64,000 bases of DNA from NCBI GenBank assembly GCA_964652825.1, contig CAZZCU010000001.1:67249-131248 (forward strand), in the 5' to 3' direction. The position numbers and the translations under genes are program-made. This DNA is from an uncultured Oligoflexales bacterium (lineage in GTDB: Bacteria > Bdellovibrionota_B > Oligoflexia > Oligoflexales > CAZZCU01). Under the pieces are notes generated by a model, which saw only the letters and a list, made by a program, of their open reading frames with translations, searched no databases and was not told the DNA's origin. Below are positions 51,726-62,347 of the stretch, piece by piece (the first letter of the stretch is position 1; each line of letters starts with the position of its first letter).

Positions 51726-52226
51726 TTATCCTTCGGCCCGAATATTTTTCAATGCATCAATTTGCTTCGTAATTAGTTGCTTGTGATTATCCGCTTTTAC
51801 ATCACTGACAATACGGGATTCCACTTGCTTGCGTACTTGTGTGACGATCTCTTCGCGCAATAATTTTTTCGCGGTTTCAACTTCGGTTTCGGCCGCGCGT
51901 TTTGCTTCCTGCTTTACATGTTCAGCAACTGCATTCGCCTGATGAATAATCTGTTCGGCTTCACGCTCGGCTTCCGTGCGCACCGCATCGCGTAGGCGCG
52001 TTAATTCATCATCGAGTCCACGCATACGTTGCTGCAATTCCGCATGCTGCTTCTCTGCTTCATCTTTGGCTTTTTTTGCTGCCGCCACCAATGCATCCAA
52101 ATCAGCGCGACGCTGCGCCGCCATTGTCTGCATTGGTTTGCGAAAGAAAAAAATTGCCGCAGCTAAAAAAATCAAAAAATTAATGTAGGGAAAAACAGCG
52201 CCGGTGACCCAATCAAAGTGTTCCAT
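51726..52226 (-). CDS. atpF: Fo ATP synthase subunit b
   Basis: Single N-terminal TM (FPYINFLIFLAAAIFFF) followed by a long charged helix (AEKQHAELQQRMRGLDDEL...). Confidence 0.88.
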   Translation of the reverse strand: MEHFDWVTGAVFPYINFLIFLAAAIFFFRKPMQTMAAQRRADLDALVAAAKKAKDEAEKQHAELQQRMRGLDDELTRLRDAVRTEAEREAEQIIHQANAVAEHVKQEAKRAAETEVETAKKLLREEIVTQVRKQVESRIVSDVKADNHKQLITKQIDALKNIRAEG

Positions 52227-52228
52227 AC

Positions 52229-52660
52229 TTAATTCAAGACCTCACGATACACGGTATCCGAGACATTGCGCACAACGTCTGGAATCTGTGCCTGAGCAGC
52301 TTTAATATCTTGGGTGATCTGCGTGCGCATAGCATCAACAGTCGCCTTGGCCTCGTCTTCGGCGCTCGAAACAATTTTTTGTTTGTTTGTGGCTGCGCTT
52401 TTAATTAGTTCTTCGCGCAACTGACGCGTTGATTGATGTGCTTCAGAAACGCGCGAGGTAATTTGTTTGGTCAGCTGATTATTTCTATCCACCAATTCGT
52501 CAGCATGTGCCTTGCTACCGGTAGTCATAGCATCACGCCGACCGCGCACGCGCAGGTATGGTTCCAAATATAATTTTTTAACGACTGCGATCGCAGTCAA
52601 AAAAACGCCAGCTTGAACGATCATGACGGCCGGGTTCGGCGACAAATTAAACGCGGACAT
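52229..52660 (-). CDS. atpF2: Fo ATP synthase subunit b-prime
   Basis: A second b-type protein: N-terminal TM (VMIVQAGVFLTAIAVV) plus a long helix, immediately upstream of atpF. Confidence 0.8.
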   Translation of the reverse strand: MSAFNLSPNPAVMIVQAGVFLTAIAVVKKLYLEPYLRVRGRRDAMTTGSKAHADELVDRNNQLTKQITSRVSEAHQSTRQLREELIKSAATNKQKIVSSAEDEAKATVDAMRTQITQDIKAAQAQIPDVVRNVSDTVYREVLN

Positions 52661-52701
52661 GCGGTTGCACCCTTTGCCTAGAATGTAGGAACAGGGCGAA
52701 A

Positions 52702-52730
52702 TAAATAGCTTATAATTGCCGTAGACTCAA
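52702..52730 (-). promoter_or_regulatory. possible promoter for atpF'-atpC in the parB-atpF' spacer
   Basis: On the minus strand, TTGAGT (52730-52725), 17-nt spacer, TATTTA (52707-52702). Motif match only. Confidence 0.3.
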
Positions 52731-52739
52731 GGATTTTGA

Positions 52740-53681
52740 TTATTTCAAATCCAGGCCAAGGGTGCTTAAAATGCGTTCTAATTCAGCGGCCGTGAAGTAA
52801 GAGATTTCGATTTTTCCCCGACTACCCGTACCGCTGATTTTTACTTTCGTGCGCAGGTGGCTGCGTAGGGTTTCCGACAGGTAGTCGAGATCTGCGTTGG
52901 CCGCCGACGTAGCGCCACCAGCATGCGCGCCAGCTGCTTGAGTTGTCGCAAACGTCTTACAAAGCTGCTCGGTTTGACGAACATTCAGATTCTTTTTGAT
53001 GACAATATCGCGAGCACGCAGCATCAAACGCTTGTCCTCCAAGGACAACAGCGCTCTCCCATGGCCCATAGTCAAGCGACCGTCCATCATGTCGTCTTGG
53101 ATCTCCCGCGGCAAATGCAAGAGCCGCAAGGCGTTCGTGACGGTGCTCCGATCTTTGCCTACTTTTTGAGCACATTGATCCTGGGTCAAACCAAAATCTT
53201 TAATCAATGATGAGTAGGCTTCCGCTTCCTCGATAATATTTAGATCCTGGCGCTGAATGTTCTCGATTAATGCCAGCCGCAACATGTCGTCGTTCGCACT
53301 ATCGCGGATAATGGCAGGAATTTCCTCTTTACCCGCCAATTTTGAAGCGCGCCAACGTCGCTCACCGGCAATCAAAATGTATTTTCCGGGATGATCGGAC
53401 TTAGCGACGACCACCGGCTGCATCACACCATCTTCCTTGATGCTAGCCGACAGGCTCAATAAAGCGTCGTCGTCAAATAATTTGCGTGGCTGATGGGGAT
53501 TCGGTTCAATGCTATCGATAGGAAGATCGATAATGGCGCGTGGTGGCAAACCATTGATGCTCGGCTCGGTAGCTTGCGCAATCGAACCCACCATCTCATC
53601 TTCGCTCAAACCAAGAAGCGAACCAAAACCTTTGCCCAACGCCCCACGTTTTTGACCTCTATTTTCTTCGCGCATTCCCAT
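52740..53681 (-). CDS. parB: chromosome partitioning protein ParB (Spo0J)
   Basis: IAGERRWRASKLAG, LIENIQRQDLN, HTH region. ATG 53681 is preceded by GGAGAG. The track start at 53693 is a TTG. Confidence 0.95.
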   Translation of the reverse strand: MGMREENRGQKRGALGKGFGSLLGLSEDEMVGSIAQATEPSINGLPPRAIIDLPIDSIEPNPHQPRKLFDDDALLSLSASIKEDGVMQPVVVAKSDHPGKYILIAGERRWRASKLAGKEEIPAIIRDSANDDMLRLALIENIQRQDLNIIEEAEAYSSLIKDFGLTQDQCAQKVGKDRSTVTNALRLLHLPREIQDDMMDGRLTMGHGRALLSLEDKRLMLRARDIVIKKNLNVRQTEQLCKTFATTQAAGAHAGGATSAANADLDYLSETLRSHLRTKVKISGTGSRGKIEISYFTAAELERILSTLGLDLK

Positions 53682-53701
53682 TTTGCTCTCCAAAAATCTG
53701 T

Positions 53702-54541
53702 TTATGATAGCGTTGGTTGATTAGTCACTGGCTGTATAGGCAGGGTTGACGAGTGTACAGGCTGACTAGTCACCTCTCCGGGGTGGCGTCTAATCAGTTC
53801 TTTTGCGACTTCCATGTAAGCTACAGCACCCATTGAGGCGATGTCATAGAGGATCACCGGCTTGCCGTGTGAGGGCGCCTCCGATAGTTTGACATTCCGT
53901 GGTATGACCACGTCGAAAACGTCCTGACCGAAGTGAGCACGAACCTCCTGCTCCACCTGATAGCTTAAATTGTTCCGTCGATCGTACATCGTCAAAAGAA
54001 TTCCCTCGGTTTCGATCGTTGGATTGAGCTTCTTTTTCACCAAAGAAATGGTTTTCAGCAACTGCGCCAGCCCCTCCATTGCGTAATATTCGCATTGCAG
54101 AGGAATCAAAACCGCGTGGGCGGCGGTTAAGGCATTTACTGTGAGAATACCCAGAGTTGGCGGGCAATCGATGATAATGAAATCATAAACACCAGCCACC
54201 TCATTGAGAGTGTCTTTAAGACGAACTTCGCGACCAATGGCGGTCACTAACTCGATCTCTGCACCCACCAACTCCTGGTGTGCCGGCGCCAGATCAAGAT
54301 ACTTCAACTCTGAATGTAAAATCACATCTTTGATCGGCTGGTCATCAACCAATACCTGGTACATCGATAATTGAATATCTCGATGTGCGATTCCCAACCC
54401 GCTTGATGCGTTGGCTTGCGGATCTAGATCAACGAGCAATACTTTTTTCTCACCTGCCGCCAAGCAAGCCGCGAGATTCACTGACGTTGTGGTTTTACCC
54501 ACTCCACCTTTTTGATTTGAAACAGCAATAATGCGAGCCAT
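53702..54541 (-). CDS. parA: chromosome partitioning ATPase ParA (Soj)
   Basis: MARIIAVSNQKGGVGKTT deviant Walker A. ATG 54541 is preceded by GGGAGAG, whereas the track start is 54577. About 30 aa of low-complexity C-terminal tail. Confidence 0.95.
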   Translation of the reverse strand: MARIIAVSNQKGGVGKTTTSVNLAACLAAGEKKVLLVDLDPQANASSGLGIAHRDIQLSMYQVLVDDQPIKDVILHSELKYLDLAPAHQELVGAEIELVTAIGREVRLKDTLNEVAGVYDFIIIDCPPTLGILTVNALTAAHAVLIPLQCEYYAMEGLAQLLKTISLVKKKLNPTIETEGILLTMYDRRNNLSYQVEQEVRAHFGQDVFDVVIPRNVKLSEAPSHGKPVILYDIASMGAVAYMEVAKELIRRHPGEVTSQPVHSSTLPIQPVTNQPTLS

Positions 54542-54611
54542 AGCTCTCCCTGCAGCAACGTCCAGATAAGTTTGCAAGAAGTATAGGAAGTAATACCTTC
54601 AAGAGCAACCA

Positions 54612-54627
54612 TGTTTCACGTGAAACA
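54612..54627. promoter_or_regulatory. parS site 1 (perfect TGTTTCACGTGAAACA)
   Basis: Exact match to the widely conserved 16-bp parS palindrome. Flanked A..T extends it to an 18-bp palindrome (54611-54628). Confidence 0.9.
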
Positions 54628-54671
54628 TCGATTATTTCCCGTCACCTTCCACGTGACATCTTCAGACCCAA

Positions 54672-54687
54672 TGTTTCACGTGAAACA
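54672..54687. promoter_or_regulatory. parS site 2 (perfect TGTTTCACGTGAAACA)
   Basis: Identical 18-bp palindrome at 54671-54688, 60 bp from site 1. Confidence 0.9.
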
Positions 54688-54710
54688 TTCCCGCTGTCTC
54701 GCTAAGTCAT

Positions 54711-54750
54711 TCAAAATAAAAAGGCCGATGTTTCACGTGAAACATCGGCC
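54711..54750 (-). terminator. intrinsic terminator candidate for atpE whose stem is parS site 3
   Basis: The 28-bp perfect palindrome at 54723-54750 lies 25 nt after the atpE stop. On the minus strand it is followed by TTTTTATTTT (complement of 54713-54722). Confidence 0.6.
54729..54744. promoter_or_regulatory. parS site 3 (perfect TGTTTCACGTGAAACA)
   Basis: Identical core, 57 bp from site 2. Embedded in the 28-bp perfect palindrome GGCCGATGTTTCACGTGAAACATCGGCC (54723-54750). Confidence 0.9.
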
Positions 54751-54775
54751 TCTGATCGATAAAAAATATCGGTGC

Positions 54776-55105
54776 TTACTTGCCAAGCCACATAAAGGCG
54801 ATAACAAAACCAAGAATCGCCTGGAACTCGATAAGCGCCAAACTCAGCACCAACGGCATGAAAACCTGGTTCCGAGAGCCCGGATTACGTGCAATCCCTT
54901 CCAGAGCCGCACCAGCCGCCTTCGCTTGACCAAGCGTACCACCCAGGGCCGCCAATCCGATTGCGAGACCGGAACCAATGGCCAAAAGACCGCTTGAGCC
55001 ACCCGCACTGGCCGCTGCTGCCGCTTCTTCAGCAAAAACAGTCGACGATGCCGTCATTCCACCAACCAAAGCCACCAACGAACTCAACTTTCTCTTCATC
55101 TTCAT
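54776..55105 (-). CDS. atpE: Fo ATP synthase subunit c with N-terminal signal-like extension
   Basis: Hairpin core GLAIGLAALGGTLGQAKAAGAALEGIARNPG...LALIEFQAILGFVIAF (carboxylate Glu in helix 2), preceded by MKMKRKLSSLVALVGGMTASSTVFAEEAAAAA. Confidence 0.9.
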   Translation of the reverse strand: MKMKRKLSSLVALVGGMTASSTVFAEEAAAAASAGGSSGLLAIGSGLAIGLAALGGTLGQAKAAGAALEGIARNPGSRNQVFMPLVLSLALIEFQAILGFVIAFMWLGK

Positions 55106-55124
55106 CCTCGCTCCAAAAAAACGC

Positions 55125-55955
55125 TCAATGATCGTGAGACGTAGCTATAGAAATATAGATACTAGTTAACAACGTGAACACAAAACTCTGCAAAGTCGCC
55201 ACCAAAAGACCAAAAAACAACAGCAACGACGGCAAAACAATAGGAACTAGACTCGAAAATACAGACAATACCAAATGATCGCCAAAAATATTGCCGTACA
55301 GCCGCAAACTTAATGAGATCGGACGCACCACGTGACTGATAAGCTCAATGAGCAACAATAACGGCGCCAACCACCAAACCGGCCCCAAAAAATGCTTTAA
55401 GTATCCTATACCATTAGACTTTATGCCGGCAAAATTATAGACCAAAAAAACTGTAAAACCCATCGCCAGGTTGGTACTCATGCTTTCTGTCGCAGGCGGA
55501 AAACCTGGAATCAGGCCCATCAGATTGCTAACAAAAATAAAGAGAAAGAGTGAGCACAGCAACGGTAAGAACGGCTTGTAATCATGACCGATAACATCTT
55601 CCGCCAAATTAACGATGAAATCCAAAATGGATTCAACAAAAGTGCGAACAGAGATTTTGCCGTCAGGAATCGCGCTATCACCACTGACGACTACCGCAGA
55701 ACGATATGCCAAACCAAGGGCGGTCAAAATAATCAGCGACAAGACACCCGCCATAACCGGCGCCCAGGTGTGGGAATCAAGACCTAGTTGCGACAGGACC
55801 AAATCATAATAATTGATCATCTGGACACCCCCGCCGGCAGCATAAGCCGCCACAGGTGCAAGCACCGCCGCTACCGCCAAAAGGCAGGGAAAAAATCGAA
55901 ATTTATTACTCAGCGTCCGCAACAAAAGCTTCTCATTCATATATGTACACAACAC
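55125..55955 (-). CDS. atpB: Fo ATP synthase subunit a
   Basis: Polytopic. Conserved Arg region RPISLSLRLYGNIFGDH. Immediately upstream of atpE. Confidence 0.92.
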   Translation of the reverse strand: MLCTYMNEKLLLRTLSNKFRFFPCLLAVAAVLAPVAAYAAGGGVQMINYYDLVLSQLGLDSHTWAPVMAGVLSLIILTALGLAYRSAVVVSGDSAIPDGKISVRTFVESILDFIVNLAEDVIGHDYKPFLPLLCSLFLFIFVSNLMGLIPGFPPATESMSTNLAMGFTVFLVYNFAGIKSNGIGYLKHFLGPVWWLAPLLLLIELISHVVRPISLSLRLYGNIFGDHLVLSVFSSLVPIVLPSLLLFFGLLVATLQSFVFTLLTSIYISIATSHDH

Positions 55956-56042
55956 ACACGCATTTTAGGGGAATTACTTATTAGCTGATTTTTTTTCTTA
56001 GTCCTAGAGATATTTTTTGTTGTCGTGGGCCGAGATAAAGAA

Positions 56043-56345
56043 TTATTTTCGGCTCCGATCCCGCCATCCCAGGATGATCAGGCCGACCGTTATCCCAAGA
56101 GCAAAACCACATAACAAAGGTAGCGGCAGCAGCAGGTCTTCTTGGGTCGTCACGTATACCAGGCATCCCAGGAGCAAAATCTTAAAACCAACCAGTGCGG
56201 CCGTCATGGCTCGCGAAACCCGCATATTTTCGTTCGCCTGCTCGGATCCAGCGACCCCCTGCAGTAATTTTTCCATCAATACATAAATCAGCCGCGTATT
56301 TATGAGGCCAAAAAGAGTGCCGATGATGATGCTTTTAGGGTCCAC
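56043..56345 (-). CDS. atpI: ATP synthase protein I (AtpI)-like small membrane protein
   Basis: 100 aa with hydrophobic segments, directly upstream of atpB. GTG start. Assignment rests mainly on position. Confidence 0.5.
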   Translation of the reverse strand: MDPKSIIIGTLFGLINTRLIYVLMEKLLQGVAGSEQANENMRVSRAMTAALVGFKILLLGCLVYVTTQEDLLLPLPLLCGFALGITVGLIILGWRDRSRK

Positions 56346-56462
56346 GCTTTTTCCGTTCGCTTATTTTGGTCATTTCGTTGGTTCGATTTTTTTGCTTGGT
56401 TTTTTGACCGCGTTTTTTAGAGAATTTTTTCGCTTCGTCTTTTTGTATAATTTTTGGACAGC

Positions 56463-56675
56463 TTATTTTTCCTCACGAAAAAATTTTCTCAGCGCCATCG
56501 TCCACGAGTAACCGATTCCTAACAACGCCAGCAACATTGTTAGCAACAGCCAATCAAAATCTTTTGCATAATGTTCGTTAAGCCATTGTCCTGCAAGGTA
56601 TCCAGCGATTGCAAATCCAACCGCCTCAACATTAAGCGCCAACAAAATTCCAAGCTGTCGCATTTGTCCGTGCAT
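56463..56675 (-). CDS. AtpZ/AtpI-family small membrane protein
   Basis: 70 aa with two TM segments (GILLALNVEAVGFAIAGYLAGQWL; LLLTMLLALLGIGY), the pattern of the small protein often found at the head of atp operons. Confidence 0.5.
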   Translation of the reverse strand: MHGQMRQLGILLALNVEAVGFAIAGYLAGQWLNEHYAKDFDWLLLTMLLALLGIGYSWTMALRKFFREEK

Positions 56676-56704
56676 AAAACCTCAAATCTCTAAATTTTTC
56701 AAAG

Positions 56705-56713
56705 ATATCCACA
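56705..56713 (+). promoter_or_regulatory. DnaA-box-like site upstream of dnaA
   Basis: ATATCCACA, one mismatch to TTATCCACA. Confidence 0.5.
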
Positions 56714-56833
56714 ACATCTGGTTCGCACAATAACCTTCTGTTTTTATTGAACAAAAAACCGGTCATTTAACCTTGCGTCAAACTCATCGCGTGTGCTACG
56801 TTCGCCCATCGAATTTTTCAACAAGTTACGAAA

Positions 56834-56842
56834 ATATCCACA
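56834..56842 (+). promoter_or_regulatory. DnaA-box-like site upstream of dnaA
   Basis: ATATCCACA, one mismatch to TTATCCACA, 28 nt before the dnaA ATG. Confidence 0.5.
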
Positions 56843-56869
56843 TCAAAATCTGCTACGGACGTCGGCTAT

Positions 56870-58366
56870 ATGGATTCTTTTTCTTCGCTCCCTTTTTCGG
56901 CAACCGCCAAGGCCTCAATTCCCAAGCTTCTCGGCCATAACCTAACATCTTCCTCCTTGTCGTACTGGGAGCAACTTAAGCTCAAACTCGCCGAGGTTTT
57001 AAATCCCGAAGATTACTCTGTCTGGATTGCGCCGCTACAAGCCAAGGAAGTCGGTCCCACGGAAATCGTGGTGTCTCTACCCAATCTCGTTTTCTATCAG
57101 GGCTTACTCGACAATTTTCTGGACAAAATCGAGCACTGCAAGTCCCAGTTGGGCATTGATCACATTTTAATTCGCTTTGAAACCGAAACCTCTGTTTGTG
57201 GTTCCGAGGGCTTCGCCAAGGAATTGTTAGCCGCTCACGATCTCTCAACATCGGAGTCGGAAGCCCTTGATGGTGAAAAGCTAGGAGCTGAGTTTGAACA
57301 AAATAGTGGCGGCACAGTTGTTTCACGCTCTCTGTCCTTGAAGTCTAATCTGAACACCAATTATACCTTTGAAACTTTTGTCAAAGGCCCCAGTAACCAG
57401 TTTGCGAATGCTACCTGCCATGCTGTAGCCGATGCACCAGGTCAAGCGTATAACCCACTATTTATCTATGGTAGTACCGGTCTTGGTAAAACTCACCTTC
57501 TGCATGCCGTTGGTGCCAAGGTTTTAGAGCGTAATCAAAACGCTGTTGTTACTTACATTTCCAGCGAACGCTTCATGAATGAAATGATCTATTGCCTACG
57601 TTTTAATAAAATGTGGGATTTTCGCCGCAAATACCGCCACTGTGATGTGTTTTTGGTCGATGATATCCAGTTCATTTCCGGCAAGGGCAGAACGCAAGAG
57701 GAGTTCTTTCATACCTTTAATGCCCTGCATGAGGCAAAAAAGCAGATCGTTATTACCTCTGATCTTTTCCCGCAGGATATCCCCGATATCGAAGATCGCC
57801 TACGTAATCGCTTTCAATGGGGTCTGATCGCCGACATTCAACCGCCGGATCTTGAGACCCGCATGGCTATTTTGCAGAAAAAGGCTGAGACGTTAGCGAT
57901 CAAACTTCGTGATGATGTGGCGCATTACATTGCCAACCACGCCAAACGCAACGTGCGAGAGCTTGAAGGAGCGTTGCACCGCATCGCCGCGTATTCAGTC
58001 TTGCATGGCCGCGCCCTTGATTTGGAGTTGGCTGCCGAAACCTTTCAAAATGTTTTAGGCGAGCCCCCGAAACGGCTTACCGTGGAAATGATCCAAAAAA
58101 CCGTCGCTGATCATTTCAAGATCCGGATTGCTGATTTAAAATCCAAGCGTCGCCAGCGAGCTCTAACCATACCGCGTCAAATAGCAATGTACTTATGCCG
58201 TTCCCGCACCAAATCGTCATTTCCTGAAATCGGCATCAAGTTTGGCGGCAAGGACCACACAACGGTTATGCACGCCGTGCGCAAGATCGAAGAAGATCGT
58301 GCTCAGGACCTGGATTTGAAGACACTTTTGGAAGCCCTGGAAAGAAAATTGGAACAATTGGCGTAG
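56870..58366 (+). CDS. dnaA: chromosomal replication initiator protein DnaA
   Basis: YTFETFVKGPSNQFA, GSTGLGKTHLLHA Walker A, LVDDIQF, NVRELEGAL, C-terminal HTH FGGKDHTTVMHA. Confidence 0.98.
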   Translation: MDSFSSLPFSATAKASIPKLLGHNLTSSSLSYWEQLKLKLAEVLNPEDYSVWIAPLQAKEVGPTEIVVSLPNLVFYQGLLDNFLDKIEHCKSQLGIDHILIRFETETSVCGSEGFAKELLAAHDLSTSESEALDGEKLGAEFEQNSGGTVVSRSLSLKSNLNTNYTFETFVKGPSNQFANATCHAVADAPGQAYNPLFIYGSTGLGKTHLLHAVGAKVLERNQNAVVTYISSERFMNEMIYCLRFNKMWDFRRKYRHCDVFLVDDIQFISGKGRTQEEFFHTFNALHEAKKQIVITSDLFPQDIPDIEDRLRNRFQWGLIADIQPPDLETRMAILQKKAETLAIKLRDDVAHYIANHAKRNVRELEGALHRIAAYSVLHGRALDLELAAETFQNVLGEPPKRLTVEMIQKTVADHFKIRIADLKSKRRQRALTIPRQIAMYLCRSRTKSSFPEIGIKFGGKDHTTVMHAVRKIEEDRAQDLDLKTLLEALERKLEQLA

Positions 58367-58674
58367 GCCTGGTTGTGGATAAGCTGTGGTTGAGGTTGTT
58401 TATTTGATGTTTATCGGACGTGTAGTTAATTGGGAACTCGTGGGGGAGCTTTTTGGGGGCAAGTTGGTCGCCTCAGTTTCCCACAAAAGTATCCACGAAC
58501 GTACTGAGCAGATTACCCACAAGAATTCAACTTCCGTTTTTTTTGAAAATGCAGTATTTATAAGGCTTTATAAAGTTATTCACATGTGTATCCATTTACC
58601 TACTACTACTACTTAATAAGTAACTATATTTAATTTATTCATTAGCAGAATGCCGGCGATAAAGAGGTCAACAA
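58367..58674. other. candidate oriC (DnaA-box cluster, trinucleotide trio-like repeat and AT-rich unwinding tract)
   Basis: TGTGGATAA (58374-58382, perfect). TTACCCACA (58513-58521) and TTATTCACA (58576-58584), 1 mismatch each. TTTCCCACA (58477-58485) and GTATCCACG (58489-58497), 2 mismatches each. (TAC)4 at 58601-58612. Then 34 nt with only 5 G/C (58613-58646). Confidence 0.7.
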
Positions 58675-62335
<3,661 letters not shown>

Positions 62336-62347
62336 CGGGACAGATAC

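Noticed and set aside
54611-54997. 128-aa plus-strand ORF with the repeated peptide MFHVKH
   Set aside because: The repeats are simply the three parS palindromes (ATGTTTCACGTGAAACAT) read as codons. The ORF runs antisense through atpE and has no RBS, so it is an artefact.
56346-56462. Series of T5-T7 runs (A-tracts on the coding strand) between the atpZ-like and atpI-like genes, considered as phased bending DNA
   Set aside because: The run starts I counted (56349, 56365, 56388, 56401, 56414, 56426, 56441, 56452) are spaced 11-23 bp apart, not in about 10.5-bp helical phase. This is probably just a T-rich spacer. Curvature could still be tested computationally.
58386-58616. 76-aa ORF in the dnaA-dnaN spacer
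   Set aside because: It spans the DnaA-box cluster and AT-rich tract and has no RBS. The region is better explained as oriC.
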